Made by a program: the position numbers and the translations under genes. Below, one piece after another: positions 29,327 through 39,795 of a stretch of 64,000 bases of DNA. Below the pieces are notes generated by a model, which searched no databases, had not been told where the DNA came from, and saw only the letters and a program-made list of their open reading frames with translations. Within the stretch, counting starts at the first letter, position 1. Every line of letters begins with the position of its first letter. The DNA comes from a virus (taxonomy: Duplodnaviria; Heunggongvirae; Uroviricota; Caudoviricetes): the IMG/VR virus record IMGVR_UViG_3300029305_011318. One strand, given 5' to 3'.

Positions 29327-29902
29327 ATGAAAGAGGTGGTAATTATTCGTTATGAATTAAATCAAAAACAACAAGATTTAGTTACGCAAAATATAGGATT
29401 GGTATATGATTTTATATATCAATGTAAAAATATAAATGAGTATTCAACCGGTAATAACATAGATTATTTTGGAATAGCAATGGAGGCGTTATGTCTTGCT
29501 GCCTATACCTATGATGCACAAAAAAGTAATTTTTCGACTTATGCTTATAAATGTATGGAATCTAAATATATTTCCGCAAAAAATAGTGAATTTATTGAGA
29601 GAAAAATACCAACTTATTTATTGGTATCATTAGACATAATCGATGATGAATATGAGTTGGATAATTTTTATGGTAATTTTGAAAAGCAGATAGAAATCAA
29701 AGATATATATAGTAGAATTCGAGCATTATTAACTGATATGGAACAAATCATTTTTTCTTATTATTTGTGTGGATATACTATGCGTGAAATCGCATACATA
29801 ATTAAATGCAGTCACCAAAATATATATAAAATTATTAATCGATGTAAAAAGAAGATTAAAGAATATTTTCAATATACAAACATTTATCAAGAATATTGTT
29901 AA
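29327..29902 (+). CDS. Sigma-70 family sigma factor, ECF-sized (sigma2 plus sigma4)
   Basis: Region 2: NIGLVYDFIYQ ... FSTYAYKCMESKYIS. Region 4 HTH: IIFSYYLCGYTMREIAYIIKCSHQNIYKIINRCKKKI. The only convincing + strand gene in the element. Confidence 0.7.
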   Translation: MKEVVIIRYELNQKQQDLVTQNIGLVYDFIYQCKNINEYSTGNNIDYFGIAMEALCLAAYTYDAQKSNFSTYAYKCMESKYISAKNSEFIERKIPTYLLVSLDIIDDEYELDNFYGNFEKQIEIKDIYSRIRALLTDMEQIIFSYYLCGYTMREIAYIIKCSHQNIYKIINRCKKKIKEYFQYTNIYQEYC

Positions 29903-29906
29903 TAAA

Positions 29907-29938
29907 ATATCCACTCTCTATTCAACGAGGGTGGATAT
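29907..29938. terminator. Bidirectional hairpin terminator between convergent genes
   Basis: atatccactctc-tattcaac-gagggtggatat followed by T-run. Confidence 0.5.
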
Positions 29939-29946
29939 TTTATTAA

Positions 29947-30570
29947 TTATTCTATCCGGATTCGGTATTCGAAAACAAATAGATTTAATAGTTTCTGAAA
30001 TTCATAATCAAAACGCCATTTGTCAATAATTTTAGGTGCACCAATTAATTCATCTAATAATGAAAAATATTTTGTTGCGTAATGATGTTTGTCTATTCGA
30101 AAACATTTTTCATAAAATTCACAATCTTCTTTATTTATCGTTGGAATGAGATTTGATAAAGGATAAGAAAGATATTCTTTTATTTGTAAATATTGTAAAT
30201 AGTTCTTTTGAGATGCAAAAATTACGTTGTCGGATAATGTTAATGTATATCCAAAATGTTGGCATAAAGTTAAATAATGATAAGCTACTATGTAAAATAT
30301 TTTATCAATATTATTTTCAAATAAAACTTCATTATGTAAGAAATCTACATAAAGTCTTCCTAAACGAAAACGTACCATATCAGAATTATCATAAGTATAT
30401 CGTTCTCTGATATTATATATACTATATTGAAAATCAGAATTATTCATAGCTATTTTATTATTATTGTCTAAAATAAAATCTTCTAGAGTATAATTTTGTG
30501 CTAATCGTTCAATTTGTGTTTTAATCATTGGATATTCGTTTAAAATAATATCAATATCTTCTTTTACCAT
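29947..30570 (-). CDS. Hypothetical protein
   Basis: 207-aa ORF. Confidence 0.5.
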   Translation of the reverse strand: MVKEDIDIILNEYPMIKTQIERLAQNYTLEDFILDNNNKIAMNNSDFQYSIYNIRERYTYDNSDMVRFRLGRLYVDFLHNEVLFENNIDKIFYIVAYHYLTLCQHFGYTLTLSDNVIFASQKNYLQYLQIKEYLSYPLSNLIPTINKEDCEFYEKCFRIDKHHYATKYFSLLDELIGAPKIIDKWRFDYEFQKLLNLFVFEYRIRIE

Positions 30571-30683
30571 GCTGTTTCTCCATTATCTTTTTCTATTAAG
30601 TTTTTCTTCTTTAAAATCACGTTTTATGAATGAAATGCGATTAATTTACTAAATGTTTTATTGTACTAATATTCGGTTTAGCA

Positions 30684-30884
30684 CTATAATTCAATAAGTT
30701 CTCCACCAACTTCAATTACGTTAATCGGTATTTCATCCTGAACAATATCCAACATGCCTTCAAACCCCTCTGCTTCGCAAAGTTTCATTGCTTTCTTTGC
30801 TTTCTCATAAGTAGTGCATCTTGCGAAAACAGTTCCTTCTAAATCGTCAATTCCTACTACGTTAAATAATCTCATTTCGTCCAT
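30684..30884 (-). CDS. Small hypothetical protein
   Basis: 66-aa ORF with GGAG RBS. Confidence 0.4.
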   Translation of the reverse strand: MDEMRLFNVVGIDDLEGTVFARCTTYEKAKKAMKLCEAEGFEGMLDIVQDEIPINVIEVGGELIEL

Positions 30885-31087
30885 TTTTTATTTTTCTCCT
30901 TTTTCTTAATTAACAATTAGATTTTCTACGGTTTAGCATTCCAACTGATTATCTAAATACATGGCTTGCATTTCCATATATTCTCGTTGTGCATCATGGT
31001 AGCGTTGTTCGCTTTCTTCCAGCGCTAATGCATATTCATAATCTTCATCAGAATAAAAATCGCATCTTTCAGCCATTTCGTTATCCT

Positions 31088-31113
31088 CCTAAAAATCAGT
31101 CCTACGGTTTAAA
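31088..31113 (-). promoter_or_regulatory. Box-3 5'-leader element (CCGTAGGACTGAyTTTTAG) immediately upstream of RBS
   Basis: cctaaaaatcagtcctacggtttaaa. Nearly the same sequence appears at 1565..1588 and 45011..45031. Confidence 0.35.
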
Positions 31114-31296
31114 TAGTTGCTTTAAATTGTCGTCTGATGTGTTGGGTTTTTCGATTACACAAGTCTGTTCACTACTTCTGCTTGCCCATTTATTTAGTAT
31201 TTCACAATAAATGCCCTCTTCTGTAATAAAGGCATCGTCACAATTTACACATTTTTTCATATCTGTTTCCTTTCTAAAAATTATGAGATGTTTCAT
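31102..31296 (-). CDS. Small Cys-rich protein
   Basis: CVNCDD...C pattern, 64 aa. Confidence 0.4.
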   Translation of the reverse strand: MKHLIIFRKETDMKKCVNCDDAFITEEGIYCEILNKWASRSSEQTCVIEKPNTSDDNLKQLFKP

Positions 31297-31517
31297 TGAT
31301 TAAATTACCACCACATTCGGGACAATCATTGTCAAAATCATCTTCGTCCTCAGTGTAATGACCGCAATCTTCACACTCTGCGCTAATAATAAAATCTTCC
31401 TCAAAAACAAAATCATTTGTTTTATATTTACTCATATGTCATTTATCCTTTTTTCTTCATCAAAACCGATTTTTATGACTTTACTAATAATCAGTTTACA
31501 AAACTACGATTTGCTAT

Positions 31518-31549
31518 ATTACTATACGGTTTTTATATATTTTTGAAAG
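31518..31549 (-). promoter_or_regulatory. Box-2 promoter-like motif
   Basis: attactatacggtttttatatatttttgaaag. Confidence 0.45.
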
Positions 31550-31657
31550 GTTTATAATAAAAAACACTTAACTAATTTATATGGTTAAGTGCTTTAATTA
31601 TTAATTTGAATTTATGTTATTTTTTGTTTTTAATATTTTTTTGTGTCTCTATCTAAA

Positions 31658-31900
31658 TTAAAAATTTGATTTGTTTTCTAAGATTTCTTTAATAAATGCA
31701 ACTACATTTTCTTTTCTGTAATAGTCACATATTGTATTAAAATCTTTGAGTTCAAATCTTCCTGTATCATCTAAAAAAGGATTTGCAATCCATGTGCCTT
31801 TAAATTCAAATCCAATTCTACCATCATTTTCCCAATTTTCATAAGCTAATTCTTTTGCCTTATTTAATTCCTCTGTTATAAACATATTATTTTTCTCCAA
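31658..31900 (-). CDS. Hypothetical protein
   Basis: 80-aa ORF. Confidence 0.45.
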   Translation of the reverse strand: MEKNNMFITEELNKAKELAYENWENDGRIGFEFKGTWIANPFLDDTGRFELKDFNTICDYYRKENVVAFIKEILENKSNF

Positions 31901-31904
31901 ATCA

Positions 31905-32303
31905 CATTAGATTTTCACATTCATAATCTTCCACCGGTATGCATAATTCAGGATTATCATAAACCTTTGTAATAATTCCAGTAGCATAATCTACGAGTAA
32001 AAATGCTTTTAATTCTTTAAAACTTTCGCAACTTAAACCATTTCGCTTCTATTGCTATAATTTTAGTAACTTTCCAAATGTAATTGACTGCATAACCATT
32101 TCTTTTTTAGTGTCCCAATTAGTTGTTTTACATTCAGTTAAAACTGCTATTGTTCCATAATCATCAGGAAATGTTTTGTTAATCGCCTCAATCAAATCTC
32201 TCTTACTTAATCTTAACATTGATGTACTACCAATACTAAATTCTTCTTTTTGTATTTCTGTTCCATATTCCTTTTCCCAAGCTGCGCCATCAGCTAATCC
32301 CAT
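31905..32303 (-). pseudogene. Degraded paralog of the 40430..40840 gene (frameshift plus stop)
   Basis: The ~70-nt segment 31978..32046 is about 85% identical to 40517..40586 (encoding GLSCESFKEL(K/R)AFLLVDYATGIITK). Its N- and C-terminal parts are in different frames. Confidence 0.4.
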
Positions 32304-32338
32304 ATCCTAATCCTCCTTATCTTGATAAAACTGAATTT

Positions 32339-32743
32339 TTAAAGAGATTCTTCATAACAAAATACCCAATAAGGGAATCCTGACCACTGATTGCATCCAC
32401 GAAGAATTGCTGTTAATCTAATTTCTTTATCAAAGTATATACTGAGAAATCTCTGTATACCTTCTGGATTTCTACCACTAAACATTTGTCCTGTATTTTT
32501 GAATACTTCTTGACAACATTTATCATACTTTTGCGAATCCCATTGCCATAGTCTATCAGAATATACAGCAGAATTATCTTTCTGATAACCAGATTGCCAT
32601 TCAACATATTCATCAAAATTATATGGGTTTGTAATCGGATTTCTTTTAACTTCATTACCATCTAAGTCTGCATATTTTGGTCTTAGTTCATAACCACACA
32701 TATCCATGTAATAGTCTTCATTATATGCTACTTTACTTTCCAT
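32339..32743 (-). CDS. Hypothetical protein
   Basis: 134-aa ORF. Confidence 0.5.
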   Translation of the reverse strand: MESKVAYNEDYYMDMCGYELRPKYADLDGNEVKRNPITNPYNFDEYVEWQSGYQKDNSAVYSDRLWQWDSQKYDKCCQEVFKNTGQMFSGRNPEGIQRFLSIYFDKEIRLTAILRGCNQWSGFPYWVFCYEESL

Positions 32744-32778
32744 ATTTTTACCTCCAAAACGACCTTAAAACTAGAATT

Positions 32779-33072
32779 CTATTGACATCCAAACCAATCA
32801 TTTTCTTCACAACACTCGATTATCTTCTCAATAAGATGCTGAAAGTCTTGCACTTCACCATTTTCCACATCAAATCCCATTGTATCTTTTGCATATTTTG
32901 CAAATCGTTTTGATACTTCCAATAACAATTCTTCATCATCATCTAAAATATCTCTACATATATTTCCTTTTATTTCACCTGCTATACAAACACCATTGAG
33001 CATCTGATTAGCTCCCCACGCACAATCTTTAGCAAATCTCGTAAGTTCTGATTTCTTATATTTCATTTGCAA
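32779..33072 (-). CDS. Hypothetical protein
   Basis: 97-aa ORF. Confidence 0.45.
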   Translation of the reverse strand: MQMKYKKSELTRFAKDCAWGANQMLNGVCIAGEIKGNICRDILDDDEELLLEVSKRFAKYAKDTMGFDVENGEVQDFQHLIEKIIECCEENDWFGCQ

Positions 33073-33287
33073 TCCTCTTACTTTAATTTCTCAACTGCCT
33101 CCTTTGGTATCAAATAAAAATCTCCGCAAACTTCTGCAATATGTTCGTCCGTCCACACAGGAGGGTCAGTATCTAATACTGAATTTTGATACCAGTCTTG
33201 TAAAAATCCTTCACCAACTGAATTATCTTCTATAAATTTCTTTATTTCACTCATATTTACACCTCATTTTGCTTTAAAACCAGCCTT

Positions 33288-33611
33288 TTAACGCTTTTTT
33301 ATAGGACACCATTTAGGTGTATTCTTAGTTAAATAATTTTTTCTTATGCACTGCATCTTTATTCTTCTATCATCTCTATCAAATTCAGCAGATGCTTGAC
33401 AATAAGGACTACTATTATAATCCAATAACTTAGGTGGAGTTATGCAATAAGTACAGTTGCCACAACAATCTACAGGTTCTATTCTTTCTTTAAACTCTGC
33501 ATTTTCTCCATTACCTATGCTATCAATACGGAAACATATCTCACATACTGAGTTTTCATGAAGTTCTGCATCTTCTGAATGTATGCACTTTTTACACAAT
33601 TCTCTATCCAT
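33288..33611 (-). CDS. Cys-rich zinc-finger-like protein
   Basis: Multiple CxxC pairs: CKKC, CEIC, CCGNCTYC. Confidence 0.5.
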   Translation of the reverse strand: MDRELCKKCIHSEDAELHENSVCEICFRIDSIGNGENAEFKERIEPVDCCGNCTYCITPPKLLDYNSSPYCQASAEFDRDDRRIKMQCIRKNYLTKNTPKWCPIKKR

Positions 33612-33652
33612 AATTTACACCTCATTTCCACTTTAAAAACAGCATTTCAAAG

Positions 33653-34027
33653 TTATCTCTGAAACAAATCTCTCACTTGCTCAAAGTCAACCCATCTTAA
33701 ATATTTCTTAAAATCATTTAGTTCTTCAAACACAAATTCTTCTATGTCTGATTCTTCATAATCTACTTCCGTATATCTTAATACATCTGTGTCGCAACCA
33801 AACTCACCTCTTACGTCATAACAACAACCAGAAATCTTATTGCGTAAATAACAATGAACCATTCCATTTTCGTGATTATATCGTTCCATAATAGCAACAA
33901 TTTCTAATCCATTTTCAAAGTTATTTAAAACCCAACGGTCACATTCTCCATACAAATAACGTTGTAATTCTTCACCCAACTCATTTATATGTCTAATGTC
34001 TTCTGCTAAAAGTTCTTTATCTATCAA
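33653..34027 (-). CDS. Hypothetical protein
   Basis: 124-aa ORF. Confidence 0.5.
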   Translation of the reverse strand: MIDKELLAEDIRHINELGEELQRYLYGECDRWVLNNFENGLEIVAIMERYNHENGMVHCYLRNKISGCCYDVRGEFGCDTDVLRYTEVDYEESDIEEFVFEELNDFKKYLRWVDFEQVRDLFQR

Positions 34028-34062
34028 ATTTATACCTCCATTTTGCCAATAGAAACCAGATT

Positions 34063-34269
34063 CTATTTACGCATTTCATGTTCATATAATTGTATATATG
34101 ACCTAACCCCTTTTAATTTAACAATATAAAGTGTAGATTCATCGTCATCTGGAAACGCTTTTCTGATTGTTCTTTCAACAATTTTTCCATTCATACTTTG
34201 AAGACATTCGCTTGTTGACAACACTTTACATCCCGTAAAATCTTTCATGCTTGACATATGATACCTCAT
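34063..34269 (-). CDS. Small hypothetical protein
   Basis: 68-aa ORF downstream of a box-2 copy (34364..34395). Confidence 0.4.
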   Translation of the reverse strand: MRYHMSSMKDFTGCKVLSTSECLQSMNGKIVERTIRKAFPDDDESTLYIVKLKGVRSYIQLYEHEMRK

Positions 34270-34495
34270 TTTTATATATTATTTTTATTTAATCAAACCT
34301 ATTTGTTGTATGCTTTAACTTAATTTATTCTGTTTTCTATATAAAAGTTTTTCTTTTTCTGATTTATTATACGGTGTTTTTGGTTTTTTTGAAAGAAAAA
34401 CCTCATCTATTTTTAGATGAGGTTAATAAACATAAAATATTAAAATTTTAATAATCGAATTATATTCTAAACGTGAATGAATCTAATTCTCTTAT

Positions 34496-34792
34496 TTATT
34501 CGTATTCTAATTCTTCTATCTCTTTTTCTTTATGTCGTGGATAATATGTATGTTCAAATACTTTAACTGCATCATTCATGTCATAAATGTCATCTAAACT
34601 ATATTTATCAATTTCGGTTTGAATAAAATCGGCGGCTAATTCAATTTTGGCTTCAGACCAATTTGGATATTTTTCTGTTAAAAAATCAGCAATTATATTA
34701 ATTTGATAAAAATGAGCAATTGCTTTGATTTGTTCTTCGGAGATTAAAGCCGTTTTTTTATTGGGTAATTCTAATTTATAAGTTTTTGTCAT
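34496..34792 (-). CDS. Hypothetical protein
   Basis: 98-aa ORF. Confidence 0.45.
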   Translation of the reverse strand: MTKTYKLELPNKKTALISEEQIKAIAHFYQINIIADFLTEKYPNWSEAKIELAADFIQTEIDKYSLDDIYDMNDAVKVFEHTYYPRHKEKEIEELEYE

Positions 34793-34983
34793 AGATTTTA
34801 TTTCCTTTTCTATATTAATAATTTTTTAGTCTAAGTCTGGTGTTATTTCTATATCTTCTAATAACTATTTATTAGATTCATCAATCATAATATCAATATT
34901 TGATGGTCGTTCTTTTGTATTGTCGTGTTTATTTGTATCCCACTTTATATGGGAGAGTTTTAATAGGATATTATTTTTCATGA

Positions 34984-35622
34984 TTAAACTTCTATTTCTA
35001 TGTCTTCTTGTATATTTTCATAATTCATTAATTTTTGGTTATCTAAGTATTTTGTGACTGTTCCATACTCATTCATACTTTGAATAATATGATAAGCAAT
35101 TAAATGACTCGAATTATCATATGGAACAGTATCGCCTTTCCATGTACCTTTTGTGGCATTTACTCCATTTAATACTTTGATACCATATCCCCCGGAATTT
35201 GCCCAATGAGATAAGTTTTTACTATAATCATCTAATAAAAAATCGTTTTTGGAAACTCCACCGGGAACATAAAATACTTTGTTATTGCCATCTGGTACAA
35301 AGATTCTATGTGCTTCATCAATTTCTGGAAGATATTTATCTAACCATCTGTTTTTGTCTTGTTTTGCTGGACAATTAGGGATAGTTGCTGATAATGTATA
35401 AATTTCAATATCATCTTTAAATCTTTCCGCAATTAATTTTACCGCTTCAATAACTTTATTTTGTGGGGCTAAATTATAATAATATCCTTCTTTTTTTAGA
35501 TAATTTTCATATAAATAATGTTGTGCTTCATTGGCATCTTCAAATTGTTCAATCGGTAAATTTAATGTTTTCCATTCGGCTAATGTGCCATCCATATCAA
35601 CAAATAATCGTAATTTAGACAT
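34984..35622 (-). CDS. HAD-superfamily 5'(3')-deoxyribonucleotidase (NT5C-like)
   Basis: N-terminal LFVDMDGTLAEW (DxDGT nucleophile motif) and NT5C-type architecture, 212 aa. Confidence 0.7.
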   Translation of the reverse strand: MSKLRLFVDMDGTLAEWKTLNLPIEQFEDANEAQHYLYENYLKKEGYYYNLAPQNKVIEAVKLIAERFKDDIEIYTLSATIPNCPAKQDKNRWLDKYLPEIDEAHRIFVPDGNNKVFYVPGGVSKNDFLLDDYSKNLSHWANSGGYGIKVLNGVNATKGTWKGDTVPYDNSSHLIAYHIIQSMNEYGTVTKYLDNQKLMNYENIQEDIEIEV

Positions 35623-35642
35623 ATTATTTATTCCTTTCGTAT

Positions 35643-35996
35643 TTAATCAAAATCAATTCTGCTATCCCATGCTTCGTCATAATCCGGTTCTGGTGCTTGA
35701 GAAAGTATGTATTGCATTTTGTCTTGTTCTTCTTCTTTATAATCTCGCAAATAGTCTTGATATGCGTCTTCTAAATCATCATCCGGATTTAATTTTTCTA
35801 ATAAAAATTGACTATATGCATATTCTTTAAAATCCATTTCATCAATTGGTTCATCATAATCTTTTTCTCGTTCTTTATAATCTAAATAATCGAAAGTAAG
35901 ATTAAAATTATTTTGATTTTTTTGTTTTTCTACAAAGGTTGAAATAGATTTATTAAAAATGTGATTGTTTTCTTCTTTTGTCAAGGTATAAATCAT
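35643..35996 (-). CDS. Acidic hypothetical protein
   Basis: 117 aa, D/E-rich. Confidence 0.45.
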   Translation of the reverse strand: MIYTLTKEENNHIFNKSISTFVEKQKNQNNFNLTFDYLDYKEREKDYDEPIDEMDFKEYAYSQFLLEKLNPDDDLEDAYQDYLRDYKEEEQDKMQYILSQAPEPDYDEAWDSRIDFD

Positions 35997-36034
35997 ATGT
36001 ATACTCCTATAAAATTGTGATAAATAATTTTCAC

Positions 36035-36060
36035 TTTTATATGTCTAAAAATTTGTCAAA
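36035..36060 (-). promoter_or_regulatory. Box-1 promoter-like motif
   Basis: ttttatatgtctaaaaatttgtcaaa, next to a perfect hairpin aagactgtat-aaaa-atacagtctt (about 36079..36102). Confidence 0.5.
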
Positions 36061-36107
36061 GATAGTCTTTAAAATATAAAAAAAGACTGTATAAAATACA
36101 GTCTTAG

Positions 36108-36368
36108 TTATATTGGTTTTTTCCATTCAGTTTGAATTAATACAGTTAATCCATTTGGTACATCTTGTGAAGACCATTCTTCATATGATAAAATTTCTGT
36201 ATTTTCATCATAAGTATCATAATCTAATTCTATAAGTTTACCATTTTCACTCTTACATGCTCCAAAAAAAATACCATTGGGATTTTCTGTCGCTAAATCT
36301 GGTGGTGAAGTTAATCTAATACTAATATAATCATAGTCTTTTTGTGAAATAAGGTCTTTTATCTTCAT
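36108..36368 (-). CDS. Small hypothetical protein
   Basis: 86-aa ORF. Confidence 0.4.
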   Translation of the reverse strand: MKIKDLISQKDYDYISIRLTSPPDLATENPNGIFFGACKSENGKLIELDYDTYDENTEILSYEEWSSQDVPNGLTVLIQTEWKKPI

Positions 36369-36967
36369 GATTTATTTTCCTTTATGATTTCTTCTAATGT
36401 GCGTGGTATATAATTCATATATGAAATCATTGCACCAACATTATACATATTACATGGTGTTGTATATAACTCTTCCATTTCAAAGCGAATATGTTGCATC
36501 ATATTTTCTTCAAAACTATTATGAACATGTCTATATAAATGATATGACCCATAATAATGTTTATTGAAACATGGAATTGGATAATGTGACAAAACAATAA
36601 TTTTGTTATCTGGTAATATAATTTCTTTATAATCTTTTATTTCAACAAATAAATCTCTAATTGATTTGTTTTTAAGTTGACTTTTATCATGATTGCCAAT
36701 AATCAGATGCTTTTTGCCATGTAGGGATTGAAAAATCTTAATTGTATCATCAATATTATGCCAACTGATGTCGCCTAAAATATAAATATCATCATCTGGG
36801 GTTACTGTTTTATTCCAATTATTAATAATTGTATTATCATGTTCTTCAATTGTTTTAAATGGTCGATTATCATATGATAAAATATTTTTATGACCTAAAT
36901 GTAAATCTGCAATAAAAAATGTTTTTGTTGTAGTTGTTTCAAAATTATTACTCATTATATTTCTCAT
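36365..36967 (-). CDS. Calcineurin-like metallophosphoesterase
   Basis: IADLHLGH, ILGDISWHN, GNHD motifs. Confidence 0.75.
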   Translation of the reverse strand: MRNIMSNNFETTTTKTFFIADLHLGHKNILSYDNRPFKTIEEHDNTIINNWNKTVTPDDDIYILGDISWHNIDDTIKIFQSLHGKKHLIIGNHDKSQLKNKSIRDLFVEIKDYKEIILPDNKIIVLSHYPIPCFNKHYYGSYHLYRHVHNSFEENMMQHIRFEMEELYTTPCNMYNVGAMISYMNYIPRTLEEIIKENKS

Positions 36968-36984
36968 ACTTATATCCTGGTTAA

Positions 36985-37305
36985 TTATGATTTATCTATA
37001 TTTTTTAATCGATAAATAAATTCATTTATTTGCTCAATATCATTTTTTGTAATATCAATTACTACAAATTCTGTGTTTAAATTAGGTAAAATATATTCTT
37101 CATTTTCTATATCATTTTGAACATCTTGATACATTTTATCTAAAGCATCTGAAATTGCAGTATTAAAATTATTATCATTTTTAATAAATCGTATTGGTGT
37201 GATTAATGTATCATTCCAAATCATTCGTAATAAATATTGTAATCCTACTATTTCTTCGTTATGAAGAAATAAATGTTCATCTCTGCATTCACTTAATTTA
37301 ATCAT
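36985..37305 (-). CDS. Hypothetical protein
   Basis: 106-aa ORF. Confidence 0.45.
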   Translation of the reverse strand: MIKLSECRDEHLFLHNEEIVGLQYLLRMIWNDTLITPIRFIKNDNNFNTAISDALDKMYQDVQNDIENEEYILPNLNTEFVVIDITKNDIEQINEFIYRLKNIDKS

Positions 37306-37626
37306 AATATTTTCCTTCTTATTTATTTTGATATGATATATTAGTATTTTGTATTTTTTTATTTACTAAATGTTGATTGAGTTCTTTGCAAATGCCTCTA
37401 CAACAATATTTTTCAGTGCAATGTAAGCAAATAATATTTTTTGCTTTTTCAATTTCTTTTTTATTAATAACCATATTATATTTCCTATGTTTATTTTTTT
37501 ATTTTTATATGTATAAAATATTCTCAAAAGTGTAATAAAAAATATTTTTGTTATAATTCCTTATTCCGGAATAAACAAATCTTCTGTATTATTGAATGCT
37601 TTATCTTATATCACTAGATTTCTTAT

Positions 37627-37926
37627 TTAACAATAAATTATTTTACTTTTAATATTTTGATTTTGCTTCTCAATCAAATCAACAATTTGCTCAAAAGTTC
37701 CAACAAACTGTTGTACTTGTTTTCCTTTATAAATCACAATCCAATTTTCTTTGTCATAACTATATGCCCAATAATATTCTACAACATCATAAGGTCTTGC
37801 TTTGAATGTTTGGTATTTATTATCATGTGTTGGGTATTTATCGCATTTTGGATAATAATTTAATTTATATCCTTTGTATTCTTCCATTGTATCAACCTCT
37901 TTATAGTCTTCAAATATGAGTTTCAT
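37627..37926 (-). CDS. Hypothetical protein
   Basis: 99-aa ORF. Confidence 0.45.
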   Translation of the reverse strand: MKLIFEDYKEVDTMEEYKGYKLNYYPKCDKYPTHDNKYQTFKARPYDVVEYYWAYSYDKENWIVIYKGKQVQQFVGTFEQIVDLIEKQNQNIKSKIIYC

Positions 37927-38449
37927 TTATTTTTTTTCAATAAGACCTGCTTCTGTTAAGTCCATAATCGTTTCAGATATAATATCTAAGTCACTACCGC
38001 CAATATGATAAGTTCCTTCTACTGCTACATCAATATAAACATCTCTCTCCAGCATCTGCCCATTCTTTACCTTTCTTAAAACCGAAAGCTCTTAATACTT
38101 CAAAGTCTACACCGTCTTTAATCCTAATCATATCAATTCCTCCTATTCAAATTCCGATTCTATTGATGTTTACAATCCTATTATCATCAAGACAATTGAA
38201 AATAATAAACTTAGCAACGAACACAATATAAATATTGTTGCTATACCTTTGTTTTTATCTGAATTCATATTTGTTGCAATATAAAAACATACAAAACTAA
38301 TTAACACACAGCAAATTGCTCTCATAATATATACTCTCCCTTTAAAATCCTGATTCCAAAGCTACTTTTTAAGCATTTCTTTTCTAAGCCGTTCACACAT
38401 TTTATAATCCATTCATCCATTTCTGCTTTGAAATTGTGTATTTATTGCC

Positions 38450-38677
38450 TTATGAATGAATAGTTGCTCCAAATCTATTTCCGCATACACATCTGAGTTC
38501 TAATGTAATTTTCTGTGGATTCTTATACTCTCCATCTTCATAATGGTGTGTAGGAACTAATCTTGCTTCCTTTCCACAATGACAACACACAATCTTAAAT
38601 CCATCTTTATTTCCATATTCTTCTGTTCCAAAACTCTGCATACTATTTCCTCCAATCCGTATTAAAACTTTCTTCAA
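38450..38677 (-). CDS. Zn-ribbon-like small protein
   Basis: CCHCG ... CVCG pairs. Confidence 0.45.
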   Translation of the reverse strand: MKKVLIRIGGNSMQSFGTEEYGNKDGFKIVCCHCGKEARLVPTHHYEDGEYKNPQKITLELRCVCGNRFGATIHS

Positions 38678-38680
38678 TGG

Positions 38681-38944
38681 CTAAAATAACCTTACATCCG
38701 TTTCAATATTTCCAGCAGGTATTCCGTACCACTTCCAATAACTCTTAATGGTTTCAGCATTCCATTCAAGTTCACTACTAACCCTAATATCCAACACTTC
38801 CTTATGCCATTCAGAATCAAATACTGTACTTATGGCTTCTTTTTCATCTTTTGCATAACCTTTGTAGCAAATAGGTGGATGCTCTCTATGTCTCGGTTCT
38901 ACAATTACACAAAATTCTGTTATTCTTTCTTCTGATTTAATCAT
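38681..38944 (-). CDS. Hypothetical protein
   Basis: 87-aa ORF. Confidence 0.45.
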   Translation of the reverse strand: MIKSEERITEFCVIVEPRHREHPPICYKGYAKDEKEAISTVFDSEWHKEVLDIRVSSELEWNAETIKSYWKWYGIPAGNIETDVRLF

Positions 38945-38990
38945 ATTTACTACCTCCGATTTACTGTTAAAATCACTCTTTCATTGATAT

Positions 38991-39296
38991 TTAGTCTTCA
39001 TCTTCTTCATCATCTTCTGATACTTCAAATCCGTTCAAATCTCCAACGTCTAATCCCATATCCTTCAATTTCTCATATAGGATATTTTTTGCTTCCGATA
39101 AACTATTGGCTTTTACCTCTAATTCAACGGTTGTTCCAACAACATATCTCTTCTCTTCGACTTTGATTTTTCCACTATTCAAATCATCAAGTACATTTCT
39201 AACACTTCTGTACTTCTTTCCAAGCCATATTGAATATGCTCTATATCCACACTCAATCCATGTCCCACCATTACAAATATAATATCTATAATTCAT
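38991..39296 (-). CDS. Hypothetical protein with acidic tail
   Basis: 101-aa ORF ending DDEEDED. Confidence 0.45.
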   Translation of the reverse strand: MNYRYYICNGGTWIECGYRAYSIWLGKKYRSVRNVLDDLNSGKIKVEEKRYVVGTTVELEVKANSLSEAKNILYEKLKDMGLDVGDLNGFEVSEDDEEDED

Positions 39297-39445
39297 ATTA
39301 AAACCTCCTCAAAATTGTGTATTTATTTTCTATGTTGTTTATTTTTTATTTCATACGCTATAGGATTAACAATTTATCAAAATCTTCTTGTGATTTTTCC
39401 AATGATTCATGTATTGAGTATAACTATTCATTACTATTCCCCCAA

Positions 39446-39637
39446 TCAATCATAAGGTCTACTGCAATAACTTCCACTATCTAACACAATCTTTCGATTA
39501 CAGTTAGGACAGATAATGTAATCCTCATATTCATGTCTAAAGGTATCTCCACTGTGTTTTATATCATCATTATTAAATTCCAATTCTGCTCCACAACTGC
39601 AAGTTTTTCTTCTTATTGGATTATTTACAATCTTCAT
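39446..39637 (-). CDS. Zn-ribbon small protein
   Basis: CSCG ... CPNC. Confidence 0.45.
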   Translation of the reverse strand: MKIVNNPIRRKTCSCGAELEFNNDDIKHSGDTFRHEYEDYIICPNCNRKIVLDSGSYCSRPYD

Positions 39638-39688
39638 AAAATTTCCTCCAATTCGTTATTTTTTCTTTGTGTTGTTCTTATTTCGTAT

Positions 39689-39721
39689 AATTACTATACG
39701 GTAATTTGATAAAAATGAAAG
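39689..39721 (-). promoter_or_regulatory. Box-2 promoter-like motif
   Basis: aattactatacggtaatttgataaaaatgaaag. Confidence 0.4.
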
Positions 39722-39795
39722 GCTTATAATCTATTTCTGAAGATATTTTTATATAAAAAAAGACCGAAAACTTAATGTTTTCAGCCTTATAAAAA

